The notes under the pieces are model-generated. The model had not been told where the DNA came from. It was given only the letters and a program-made list of their open reading frames with translations, and ran no database searches. Made by a program: the position numbers and the translations under genes. DNA of 64,000 nt from Eledone cirrhosa (taxonomy: Eukaryota): NCBI GenBank assembly GCA_964016885.1, contig OZ024743.1, forward strand, positions 288,300,001 to 288,364,000, written 5' to 3'. The stretch's first letter is position 1, and each line of letters starts with the position of its first letter. Shown here piece by piece: positions 26,891 to 39,358 of the stretch.

Positions 26891-27272
26891 ATTCAAAATA
26901 TTAATAAATGAAGACGTTCACATAATCAAAATATATGTTTTATTATATATATTTCGGAGGTACTGTGCTGTTTTTCCAATACGTCCTCAACAGATAAAAT
27001 ATATGAATTGATGTATGACATACCTCAACTGTCTCGATGGTTCAATTCCAGTATTGGCAGTACTGGAATTGAACTATCAAAGCAGTTGAGGTATGTCATA
27101 CATCAATTCATATATTTTATCTGATGAGGACGTACTGAAAAACAGCACAGTACCTCCGAAATATATATAATAAAACATATATTTTGATTATGTGAACGTC
27201 TTCATTTATTAATATTTTGAATAATATTAATAAATTAATAACTCCAGAAAACATTAATTGTAGAGCGCTTTT
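26887..27272. mobile_element. Fold-back element (~165-bp arms, 7-nt loop, one-sided tail) in (TA)n carrying an HHR
   Basis: 26887-27053 is the near-perfect reverse complement of 27061-27225. Confidence 0.85.
27115..27175 (+). ncRNA. Type I hammerhead ribozyme, canonical core
   Basis: UUUUAU-CUGAUGA-GGAcGUACUG(10 nt)CAGUACcUCC-GAAA-UAUAUA-UA-AUAAAA. The mirrored arm has a mutated core (CUGUUGA). Confidence 0.8.
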
Positions 27273-27389
27273 AATTATATATATATATATATATATAACG
27301 AAGGAAATGTGGTAAGGAACCAGGTGGACCATAACGCACCAAAGTACTCAATACTTGAGGTAGTAGAGTGGGTAATAGGAACCAGTAAG

Positions 27390-27483
27390 ACCCCGACAGC
27401 TGAGCTCAAGCCGTTTCGACGGCTAATTCTGGACTAAATGAACATTTATCCTGGTATTTAAATAGCCGATCTTCTCAAGGGGT
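27390..27483 (-). ncRNA. Type I hammerhead ribozyme (U3-A8 variant), 3'-terminal copy
   Basis: Reverse complement of 31259-31352. Confidence 0.8.
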
Positions 27484-28581
27484 AATTCCATATATGGTCA
27501 AAGTGATTGTCAAAAATCAGTAGTAATTCTGTGGTTGCAAATTAGTAGGGGAGATGGTGGCTAAACCTGCCAGTAGGAGAAAGAGGGGAGGGGGTGGAGT
27601 AGACCCAATCAAGCGTTGGTAGTGCCAGCTACAGCTGGGCATGAGGTCAAAGAAGATACAGGGGAGGGGGAGGGGGAGGAAGTCGGAACGGTAGGTAGAA
27701 CAATGGGGGGTAGAAATAGGAAAGAAAAAATACTGAGAGTGAAGGAAAGCAAATAAGTGTAAAGAAAAAATTAAATTCTACGACCTAGGTGTCAGGCTAT
27801 TGTTAGGCGAGAATAAAATAAAGAAAGAAAGAAAGAAGTAAATAAATAAATAAATAAATAAATAAGGAAATAAGTATAGAACTAGGTGGGACGAATTAGG
27901 CAAGGACCCTTTTAAGAGGTATAAGTACGTAAATGATACGGTGACTGGTCAACAAAAGGGGCCAAAATACTAAAGAGACTACCACGAAATAAACAATAAA
28001 GGTTTCCATCCCGGGCCAGCAACGACCCAGTGCAGCAAAGTGAATTTGTACGACATAATAATTCTGAGTCCCGAGAAAAATATATACTAATGCTAACTCT
28101 AAAAGATCTAAAACAAGCTACATGAAAGTTCGTACGAAATAAAGGTAGAATACGGAGAAATAAGTTCAGAATCCACCCCGCCCAGAAGAAAAGCGAAGCA
28201 AGAAATACTGAAACGAAAAAAATAAGGCATAAGTGCCACTAAGAAATATAGAGGGCACAGAGAATAGTGGGAGCGGTCGGAAAAGGGGGGCAAGTATCCG
28301 GGGTCTAAGCCAACTGCTATAAAGGGCGGAGTCCGCCAAATCTATCAAAGACTAGGGGAGGGGGGAGTGGGGGTACTAAGGCTACATGGGGCCAAAGGGC
28401 AGCCTCGGGTGGGCGAGAAAAGACGCCGACAAAGGAGAAGAGCTGGGGTAGAAGGACAAAGGAGAGAGGGGGGAAGGAAATAAAGGATGCGATAAATGAA
28501 TACAAAGAAGATCTTACGTCTTCCTTGGCAAGCAGGGGTTACCCATTGCAAAATCGGCAACTGGGGTGTTATAGCCCTAGT

Positions 28582-30604
28582 CTACCCCCCCGGGTCATTA
28601 TGGGGTTTGAGGGCGAGGTAAGTCCTACGCAATCTATGTTTACATGCAGTAACCAGTTCATCTTTCTTGTTTAGGAGTTGGTCCGTCGAAAACAGCATTT
28701 GTAAAGTTTCCTCCGAGCATAAATTGCACGGACGGCGTCCTCCCGTGTAAGAATTGGCTCTGGACAGTAATCTCCAAGTGAGATCATAGGTGATGTTGTT
28801 GTCCTTGAGGTCCCATATGTGGCCCGAAAGTGTAGTGGCGTGACGCCGGGCCGGGTTTCGGAAGGTATGTCTATGTTGGTATAGCCGGGTCTTGAAGTCA
28901 CATGCGGTAAGTCCTATATAGGCTTTGTTGGAGGTATCCGTCCTCACGTTGCACTGGTAGATCACATTACGGTCTCTGCATCTATTGTCGAGTGGGCAAA
29001 TAGATCTATCCGGGCAGTTACACCTCCTGGTCGGTTCTCCACTGCTATTTAGGTTATTTCTGCCATCGGGGTTGAGTTTTTTGTTGTTAGAGGAGACGAT
29101 GTTTTGTGCGAAGTTTGGTGTAGTGCTGTAAGAGAGTTTGATGGTATTTTTGTTAATTATGTTGTGGTAGCGGTGTTGTAATGGGAAGTGTTTTTCAATG
29201 AGCCTAAAGAATAGTTTCCCGATGGGAGTAGTCACCTCTGCGTTGTGGGGAGGATTGAACCATGTTACATTGCGTGAGCGGCGGTGTCTCCTGCTGGTTC
29301 CGCTAATGGGATCTGGACAGTAGGATATTTCCTCCCGGAAACCACTCCGCTTGAGGGCCTGGTTGTAATAAGGCGCATGTTCATCGAATATCCGCTCATT
29401 AGCTGACAAACGGGATATGCGGAGGGAGATGTTTTTGACCAGGTTGTTTGTGATGTTCCTAGGATGGTTTGATCGGCGGTGGATGTAGTGCAGATTGTCA
29501 TTAGGTTTCCTGTATGGGTAGTACAGGTCGTTTTCGAGGTCGAGGGTTACGTCCAGGAAGTTTACTCGGGTCAGGGACGTTTGTAGGGTTATTTTAAATC
29601 CCCAGTCGCGGAAGAATCTGATTAATTGTTTCCGGACCCGATCTGTACTACTGGGGTTGTACCCTTTAAGGGTAAGGAGCCCATCATCACGGTACAATCC
29701 ACCACCGAATGCAGGAAACATATCAGTGAGTTTGGCTATTAGGAATAATCCTATAAGATCAGTGACCTCCGCCGAATCCGTAGCGCCCATGCTGACGTCG
29801 AAGGGTGAGTCGGGAGCTCTTTTTATCCATTTAGAGTCGTCAAAGAGTAAGACTGTCTTCCTGGCGTGGAGGATGATTTTTCTTTCCTGGTCGGTGATGG
29901 GCACGAGTGTTTCGGCGAAGTCCAAGGCGGCAGTAAGTAGCGGTAAGGTGATTGAAGCATAGTAGCTCTCTATGTCGAACTGTATGAATTTAGTTTCTCG
30001 TTTATCCTCCATATTGCTGAACCAGGAGATTACTTCCTGGGTGTTGATCCATAGGCTAAGTCGGGTGTGTTGCTTGACTTTTGGTATCACGCGGTCTAGG
30101 ATTTTTTTGCTGATTCTCCCTATGTCGGACTTCGTTGGGTTAATAAGCCTGATGGAGGGTTTACGGTCAAAATCGGATTTATGGTCCTTCAGTGTGAAGT
30201 ATGGTGTCCGTGGGTCTAGAGGTTCCGTGCGGTCGGCGACCCCGAGGCTGGAGGTGATTTGTTGTCCATCTCGATTTATGTCCTCGATGCAAGAGTGGTT
30301 GGCCTTTTTATAGGTGGAGTTTAGGCTGCTCCTGATCAGTGTGTGGTATCTGTCAGGGTTGACAAAGTATAGGTTCCCAGTTTTATCCGAATGCACCATG
30401 ATGTCATTTGTGTTATCATACTCTGTTAAGTTGCTACGGAGTTTTTGTAGGAATCGGTTGTGTCTGGGTTTAAATTTAATGTTCTTGACCAGTTGGAAGA
30501 GGTCATTCTCGAAGGGTGCGAGCAAGGGGTTCAGGGGCGGAGATTTGTAGGTAATAAATCCGAATCTCTCCTTGGTGCCGAAGTCTTGGTTGTCGCAATA
30601 TCTG
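28582..30604 (-). CDS. PLE polyprotein (RT + C-terminal GIY-YIG), uninterrupted but lacking its N-terminus
   Basis: DKTGN, RLINPTKSDIGRISK, FDIESYYASI, FDVSMGA, GLYRDDGL, NFLDV, PYRKPN, SNHP, WFNPP, CNC..CPLDNRC, VIYQC..YIGLT, FKTR, CNLC..E. The frame stays open upstream of 30525 (KERFGFITYKSPP) to the inversion junction. Confidence 0.93.
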
Positions 30605-31258
30605 TCGTACGAACTTTCATGTAGCTTGTTTTAGATCTTTTAGAGTTAGCATTAGTATATATTTTTCTCGGGACTCAGAATTATTATGTCGTACAAGTTC
30701 ACTTTGCTGCACTGGGTCGTTGCTGGCCCGGGATGGAAACCTTTATTGTTTATTTCGTGGTAGTCTCTTTAGTATTTTGGCCCCTTTTGTTGACCAGTCA
30801 CCGTATCATTTACGTACTTATACCTCTTAAAAGGGTCCTTGCCTAATTCGTCCCACCTAGTTCTATACTTATTTCCTTATTTATTTATTTATTTATTTAT
30901 TTACTTCTTTCTTTCTTTCTTTATTTTATTCTCGCCTAACAATAGCCTGACACCTAGGTCGTAGAATTTAATTTTTTCTTTACACTTATTTGCTTTCCTT
31001 CACTCTCAGTATTTTTTCTTTCCTATTTCTACCCCCCATTGTTCTACCTACCGTTCCGACTTCCTCCCCCTCCCCCTCCCCTGTATCTTCTTTGACCTCA
31101 TGCCCAGCTGTAGCTGGCACTACCAACGCTTGATTGGGTCTACTCCACCCCCTCCCCTCTTTCTCCTACTGGCAGGTTTAGCCACCATCTCCCCTACTAA
31201 TTTGCAACCACAGAATTACTACTGATTTTTGACAATCACTTTGACCATATATGGAATT

Positions 31259-31352
31259 ACCCCTTGAGAAGATCGGCTATTTAAATACCAGGATAAATGT
31301 TCATTTAGTCCAGAATTAGCCGTCGAAACGGCTTGAGCTCAGCTGTCGGGGT
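31259..31352 (+). ncRNA. Type I hammerhead ribozyme (U3-A8 variant), inverted copy
   Basis: ACCCC-UUGAGAA-GAuCGGCUA...UAGCCGUC-GAAA-CGGCU(UGAGCUC)AGCUG-UC-GGGGU; predicted cleavage after C31347. Confidence 0.8.
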
Positions 31353-31362
31353 CTTACTGGTT

Positions 31363-31402
<40 letters not shown>

Positions 31403-31404
<2 letters not shown>

Positions 31405-31860
31405 TAAAAGGAAAAGAAAATGCTGACAAATTTTTCCCAGTGAAAAATAGTTTAATTAGGAATAAGTATAAATTAGTAATAAGTATTGGTTAGTATTCAA
31501 TTTTAGTTTTAAGTTTTTACCGGTTGCGCATTTCTAATGCTTTTCAAAAATAATTTTGAGATAGAGCGCTCGTGATGTTTGCTCTAATCTGACCAGTTTT
31601 GGAAATTCTTCCTGTTTTATGTGAAAAAAGTGGCTCAAGATGTATTAAGATTTGGTTGGTTGTTGAATGTCACGTGAATGAGTACTATAAATTTCGCGCC
31701 AATTCGTGTTGCAAAAGTTCTTGTAGTCAAAACAATTTTGATTGGTCGGTAGAGGTCACGTGAATGTTAAACATTAATTTTGCGCCAAATGTAGGTTTGT
31801 CGAAGTGTGTCCTTTTTCGCCTGATTGAGAAGTCACTGAAAAATAAGTTTATTAAGACAA
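31403..31860 (-). mobile_element. Degenerate PLE 3' terminus (same family as 13463-14150) with a mutated HHR at 31515-31550
   Basis: UUGAAAA-GCAUU(AGA)AAUGC-GCAA-CCGG-UA. Upstream SIRRKRTHF..FGAKL resembles a GIY-YIG C-terminus. Confidence 0.55.
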
Positions 31861-31982
31861 ATATGTGTGTATGTGTGTGACTGTAGTAAAGAGGTTCATT
31901 GTTGTGATAATGGTCAGTAGGGATGTGTGTGTGAATTGCAGTCATGTTGAAAGATCAACAGTTCAGGTGTCTATTGAGACAA

Positions 31983-32068
<86 letters not shown>

Positions 32069-32566
32069 CAGAGTGGTTCGTGGTAGAGGAAATAAATTCG
32101 GTCAGTAGGAATGTATGTTGAAAGATATTTTTCAGCTCTTGTCTTATACGGAGAAGTGTGTATGTGTGTGTGTCTGTGTGTGTGTGTGTATGTCTGTTTG
32201 TATGTTAGTGTACGCGTGTGTATGTGTGTGTATTTGTGCATGTGTGTGTGTGTGGATGGACCAGTATTTTTGTGATACTGGTAAAAATGGTGTATATTAT
32301 TCGATATTTTCAGTAATTTTCAAAAATGATTCTCACAAAAGAACATCAAAAACATTAATAATAAAAGGGGTGAAATGATGTATAGTATTGTCATAACACC
32401 AAGGTGTGTGTGAGTGTCCAGATTGTACATACTGCAAGGGGAATCCATTAGGCCCTGCCGTATGGGAATATATATATATATGTGGATGATGGCCGAGAGA
32501 AAAGAGTACTCAATACAGAAGAAGAGTTTAAGTATTCATTCTATTACGGCTATAAGATAAGACCTC

Positions 32567-32632
32567 TTGTCTGATGACTCTGTGAGAAGCAGGTGAAACT
32601 CCAGGTTAACACGACACACTAGTTAGTCATAA
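32567..32632 (+). ncRNA. Probable type I hammerhead ribozyme
   Basis: UUGU-CUGAUGA-cUCUG(UGAGAAG)CAGGu-GAAA-CU...AG-UC-AUAA. Confidence 0.5.
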
Positions 32633-32809
32633 TAAAATGAATATATATAACTATAGTTTTGTATGTCTATACATAAATACAAACATACACACATTCATAG
32701 ATACATACATTCATGCATACACACATACCTACAAACACACACGCACACACACACATATATATATATATGTTTATCCAGGGTTCAATCGGGGATAACCACA
32801 GTACATACA

Positions 32810-32874
<65 letters not shown>

Positions 32875-33095
32875 ATGTGTGTGTGTATGTGTGTGTATGT
32901 TTGTATGTGTGTATGTGTGTGTGTGTGTATGTATATTGATTAAAGGTTAAATAGTTTCTAATATCCAAACATCTCAATGAAAAAATCTCTCAGAGAAGTA
33001 ATATTATATATTAAAATTAAATGAGAAAAAACTCTAATTCTGGGAGTACAAACAAGATAGGCAAAAAAGTATCCTATCTAACCTTATATATAGAT

Positions 33096-33177
33096 CTCCC
33101 TACCATGGTTTCATATAGGGGAGAATTCTTATTGGAACCGCCAATAATTGAAGAATCCGCCATACCCTTCTGGGGAG
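33096..33177 (-). ncRNA. Hammerhead-like fold with degenerate core CAGAAGG
   Basis: CUCCC-CAGAAGG-GUAU...AUUCUU..AAGAAU...AUAU-GAAA-CCAUGG-UA-GGGAG. Perfect 5-bp stem I and palindromic stem III. Confidence 0.55.
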
Positions 33178-34169
33178 TTTAATTCTTCAAGAGCTAAGAG
33201 AAATTTAGCAAGATATAATACATACTGTTTCATTTTCCGAGGCAGCGTGGTGGAATAAAAACACACGTAGTGTTTCGTTATCAAAATCTCCTAGCATATT
33301 AGGACTACTTGACAGACTTATGCGTGTGTGTGTTTATGTGCGTGTATGTGTGTGTAAGGAAAGACCAATAGAAAAATTATATCCTTGGGCCGGTTAGATG
33401 TGTTCCACTTCACTCGATAAGCGAATGAGGTCTGGGATCTTGTCGATGTATCTGCCCCCCCCCCCCCTCCCCACCAGAAAAAAAAATGTACGTAAGAATA
33501 AACTCCGCGTAGTAGAGTATTATAGTTGTTCGATCAACGGAACTGCATGCTTGTGAAATTAACGTGTAAGTGGTTGAAAATTCTACAGATATAACATAAT
33601 TGGCAAAGAGTGTCAACGTGACAATGTATGATAAAACTAGCCGTTTGAATTACAAAAACTTTTCATGTTTCCATCTGTCCCATTCCACTCACAATGTTTA
33701 CGCTGGCATGAGACAATGGTATATGACCCGGGATGCCACGTAATGGGATCGAACTCGAGACCTTATGATTTCAAAATGAATATCATAACCATTCAACTAT
33801 ATGGCATCAACTGATATAATTCATAAGAGTAATTGATTCGTATTAGCTGAATCAATAGTGTGCTACAATAAATAAATCACCGTCTGTGTTTAGTATGATT
33901 TTTTTAAAGGTGCATGTTCAAATCTCGTCGGTTTTCATTCTACCTTCTATCTCGCCAACATCGACAAAATATAAAAAAGGAACAATAAAATACTGAATGT
34001 ATCATATATCGATTATGTCCCTTCCATATCGTAAATAGTCCTGTGTCCAGACCAAAATATCGCCAATATTTTGAGATATCCGCATATTCTATTAATTCCA
34101 CCCTGGCAGTCGGCGAATAGCTGAGCTACAAGTGCACCGGGGCAAGAAAAGGAATTTTATTGTCTAATA

Positions 34170-34355
34170 ATTGTTTCTACTTTTGACACAAGGTCAGCAA
34201 TTACCCAGTACATTACTGGTACTTTATTTTATCGACCCCGTATGGATGAAAGGCAAAGTTAACCTCGGCGGGATTTGAACTCAGATAATAAAGGGACGTA
34301 ACTATGCTGGAAAGCATGTCCGAGCCTCTACCGATACTGCCAATTCACCGCCATT
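34170..34355 (-). mobile_element. tRNA-derived SINE (same family as 1495-2155)
   Basis: Minus strand begins GGCGGTGAATTGGCAGTATCGGTAG and has a B-box GAGTTCAAATCC and the conserved core. Further copies lie near 20150-20290, 43500-43610 and 57400-57640. Confidence 0.85.
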
Positions 34356-35181
34356 TTATTGTCTAATAATGTTCTCTCTTTTATTGTTTATAGTTAACAG
34401 GATATGGTCATGCTGGAGCGGCACCATCAATGCCGTTGTAAACTTTTTTTTCTCTCATATTCCTAATGTAGTGAATGAAGTAGTTTGATTTGTTGGATTG
34501 AAGTGCGTTTCCTGTTGTGATATATATACCTCTGGGTACTTATATTATTTAGTTTAAAGATCAACAACATATTTTGTTTTACTTTGTAGCTACATGACAT
34601 ATCCTATATGAAGCTTTACGTTCAACTGTACTCGTATTTGATGCTCTCACATCAAATAAGCTTTACCAAATCAATCCATCGCACACATTAACTTTAATCT
34701 GTGAATTATTCAGTGATTACAACTAGGTTCATGTGGTTTAAGAAAAATGTAATGAGGGCAATAACACGTTTTAATTTAGGTCCATGCCCAACAATTTGGG
34801 GAAAGAAGTGAAAGTGGATGAAATGAAACCTTGAAGTTTACTGGTAGATTTTTGGCAGTCAACCACCCGAATCACAGTTAATTTTGAAAACAACAAAATA
34901 ACGCCTATTCACAGATTAATTTCAAAAATCTGCAAATTTTAACGATACCGGAAGGCTCCGCGTGATATGAACAAAGAACGTAAGGAGATGCAAGCAAATA
35001 TCACCAAACGGCATTTAGAGGCAACCATCCATCACCTTAGATATAACTTTTATAGCAATTATCATTATAACATTGATATGTAATTTGTCTGCTCACAAAA
35101 ATGCATTGATTTATACGAATGTTATCTACTCTTTGAATGTAATTTTGTTTGGTGTCGGACAGTATTATAACAAAAGTTAAC

Positions 35182-36400
35182 CTTCTTCTTCTTCTTCTTC
35201 TTCTTCTTCTTCTTCTTCTTCTTCTTCTTCTTCTTCTTCTTCTTCTTCTTCTTCTTCTTCTTCTTCTTCTTCTTCTTCATGACTGTGAGATAATCTACAT
35301 GATGCGTAATATCCTTCTGTTGGATATCCCTCGAGAGTTATTCAATATTCACGGGGGGTGTATAATTTATGCTTTGCATTCTGAGTTTTGTTTCAGCTAC
35401 TGATGGTGATGCAGCAGCGTCTGTTGTGACTGTACAGTCCCACATGCGAGTGACAGTCTTGTATGCAACGGCTGCATTTGAAGATGCGCTTCCCCGGTGC
35501 TCTACCCCTTGCGTAATACTCATCTCCAGAGTAAGCGATTATACGTGAACTCTTCCCATCTCTGAAAGTTCAGATCTACTGACTTCATATCTTTCTTGCT
35601 GGCGTCTTTGAAACGAAGATGAGATCATCCCTGTGCTCTCATGCCCGTTGCCAGTTCCCCATACATTAATTTTTGGGGATCATCCCGTCCGACATACGAT
35701 TAACATGACCGCGCCAGTGTAGACGGCACTGTTGGAACAGAATGAATATACTGGGTATCCTGGTGTGGTTGGTGACTTCAGTCCACTTGATGTTCATATT
35801 GCGCTTCAGGTTACGAAAGTAGAAGGCGTTGAGAAGCCACAAATGTCTGGAGTAAAGTCTCAATATCTCGCTGCTGTAAATTATTGTGCTGAGGACGCAG
35901 GAATGACAGATAGCACTCTGGGTGTTCGTTTTCAATTTTCTATTCAGCCAGACTGGCGAATGTGGAAACTGATCGTCTAATGTGCTTACTGATCTCGTAT
36001 TCCAAGGAGATATTGTCGATGATGATGGAACCGAGGTAGATGATTTAGTGGAATACCTTCGCCTTGGCCTAGCAGGCTGGTCTTCTCTTAATTTCTGGCA
36101 GAACGTTGAGTCTATAAGGTGTTGAATTTGCTCCTCGGGGTTTGTTGTTATTACTGTATTGTCGGCAAACAACCTTTCTTTGATGAGTACACGACGAACC
36201 CTGGATTTTACTTTCAGACAAGAATGACTAAACAGCTTCCAGTCTAATCTGGAGGACATAATGAATCGAAGTCTCAAATGCGTGTTTCAGCATGCCTGCA
36301 AAGAGTATGCCAAAAAATATGTGGTAAAGCACACAGCCCTGGTTTAAATCCATGCAGATGTTAAACACCTCCGAAGAAAAGTCACCAAATTGAACTCTAT
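35182..36400 (-). mobile_element. RTE (BovB-like) LINE 3' fragment with a (GAA)n tail
   Basis: RLFADNT, VLSTIIYSSE, LNAFYFRNLKR, RLHWRGHVNRMSDGMIPK; (CTT)n at 35182-35278 is the tail. Confidence 0.85.
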
Positions 36401-36597
36401 GCTGGGTAAAACATCTCTGTCAACGCGCTAGACAGCATAGAGGTCGGTGTATATTAAATGTACATGCTTGAGGGATAATATTTAACCAAATTTGAGAAAT
36501 ATATCTTTAATAAGAATATTCGTCTAAACTGGTGGGTGTGGAAATATCGGAGAACCCCACTATCAATTTACATTTAGTATTCACTCCTGATTATATA

Positions 36598-36644
<47 letters not shown>

Positions 36645-36648
<4 letters not shown>

Positions 36649-36834
36649 AAGTATGACCCCGACGGCAGAGCTCAAGCCGTTTCGACGGCTATTTCTGGAC
36701 GCACAAATAGCCGTCGAAACGGCTTGAGCTCTGCCGTCGGGGACATACTTTTTCCTATTACCCACTCTAGTACCCTACGTATTGACTACACTGATGCGTT
36801 ATGATCCATCTGGTTCCTTACCACAATTCCTTCG

Positions 36835-36836
<2 letters not shown>
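36645..36836. mobile_element. Miniature fold-back derivative of the Naiad terminus in (TA)n
   Basis: 36645-36754 is a palindrome whose arms match 27390-27434. 36755-36836 matches the reverse complement of the tail 27297-27378. Confidence 0.88.
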
Positions 36837-36907
<71 letters not shown>

Positions 36908-37096
36908 TATATGTATATATATATATATAATATTAAGGATACTATTTATGGTTATGTATATACTAAAACTTTTTATGGTTATATATATTTTAAACCCTAA
37001 ACAGTGAAGGTCAGTAATTTATTACTACCTTATTACCAGTAAAATAAATATCTCAGTGTAATAACATCAGTTGTTCTACAGAACAACTAAATTTAA

Positions 37097-37467
37097 AATT
37101 CACAAGAATCAAAGCTGTGTTCAAAGCATTTATTCACTTACAATTGTTTCATCCAAACCTAGGCTTGTGGTCTTCGGAGCATTTTTCAATGTTTGTACAC
37201 ATGATTCACCTCCTTTCCAACACAAGAGACATACAGATACATATGTATGTATAGTGGAGTGACATATATTATATTAATATAATATAATATATGTCACTCC
37301 ACTGTACATCAATATATACATATGTATCTGTATGTCTCTTGCGTTGGAAAGGAGGTCAATCATGTGTACAAACAGAAAAAATGCTCCGAAGACTCTAAGC
37401 CTAGGTTTGGATGAAACAATTGTAAGTGAATAAATGCTTTGAACACAGCTTTGATTCTTGTGAATTC
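37097..37467. mobile_element. Fold-back element (~180-bp arms) with an HHR-like motif (core CCGAAGA)
   Basis: Arms are reverse complementary around an AT-rich centre. The right arm reads GCT-CCGAAGA-cTCTAAGCC(TA)GGTTTGGAt-GAAA-CAATTG-TA-AGT. Confidence 0.8.
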
Positions 37468-37499
<32 letters not shown>

Positions 37500-38187
37500 G
37501 GGGGTGTAAATAGTAAAGGTAAATAAATAATGGGGTTCTCAGATAATATTTCCACACCCGCCAGTTTAGACGAATATTTAGACCAATATATTAGCACGTG
37601 GTGCCTAAAACATTAATGTCCTACAGTATATATATATGTTATTTTTATGTGTGTATGTACTTGCCAGGTTACCCAAATGGCAAGTGGGCCCACGGTATCA
37701 TTACAAGAGCCCACAGTTGTAGCATTGCAGGGCCCATTGCAGTATTTTCGGGGCCAATACTTTCAAAAAATACCTGAAATCTAAGAAAAAGAATAACAAA
37801 TTTTTAAAAATAAATAAAACAATTAAGCAAAGCCTTTGGTCAAGCAATTCCCCAGGGAATTACCAGAAAGCGATAGTGCAAATAGCTGCACTCAGTGGTT
37901 GTACATTTATACTAAATCTAAAGCTTTGTGGATTTATTCATGCAAACATACATATATAGACACGCAAGTATATAAATATATATATATATTTATATACTTA
38001 CACACGCACTACTGACCAAATAATATTTGGCATCAATGGGTTAAAGACACCTGTAAAATCAATTAGTGATGAAGGTGATGTATATATAAACATAGATATA
38101 GATATATCGATACACACACTAACCACACACACACACACACACACACACATTTATATATATATATTGAGTCAGTATGAAAGACCAAAG

Positions 38188-38527
<340 letters not shown>

Positions 38528-38528
38528 C

Positions 38529-38610
<82 letters not shown>

Positions 38611-38661
38611 CATATATATATATACATATATATAACCAATATTTTTATACCTAGTCCGCCA

Positions 38662-38714
<53 letters not shown>

Positions 38715-38716
38715 TA

Positions 38717-39308
38717 GTATTCGGCTGCGCTTTCTAGCAACCAGCCTACTCGCTGACAGGCACCAATCACAAACTTTTTGCCTTGACGTGATGATTCTTA
38801 GCCATTTTGAATTCGTTTCTGTCGCGAATCATGTAAGAAAAATCTTTGTCCAATTGAGTTATCTCCTGATGATTTCCAACATCGTTGATTTATCCAAGAT
38901 CGGATATATCCCAAAATGGAATGAAACCGCCGGGGTAGAGATATTTTGATGATTTTGGTAGGTTTATGTAGATTTTTTTTTCTAACTTTGATTTTGTACC
39001 TAATTATGTATTGTTAATTATATGTCTAGTCAATTTCTACAGGCTATCAGAAATACTAGGTACATTTTCTGTAGCTAAGAGTCGCGGATAAAAAGCTATA
39101 TCATTTATCTATTGTTTCTTCATAAGTATATTTTAAACTAATAGCCTCGTTTAAATGATTTTTTGTGTGGTTGATTTATGCTGATTGGGAGAAGAAATAC
39201 TGTATATATTTTATCTAATGATTCTATGGACTTACTTTTTATATATTGTTCTGATTATTAATTATTTAATTAATTCGTCATTGAGCCACGCCGTGAATGG
39301 TTGCCAAA

Positions 39309-39358
<50 letters not shown>

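Larger units (their letters stand above)
27297..31366 (-). mobile_element. Young Naiad-type PLE with inverted termini, inserted in (TA)n
   Basis: Open RT+GIY-YIG frame. 27376-28137 is an almost exact reverse complement of 30605-31366. (TA)n lies on both sides, and a ~78-bp tail is present only at the true 3' end. Confidence 0.92.

Noticed and set aside
28140-28581. SECIS element or selenocysteine recoding in the Naiad
   Set aside because: No in-frame UGA in the ORF, the stop is UAG, and I saw no clear SECIS by eye; SECISearch would settle it
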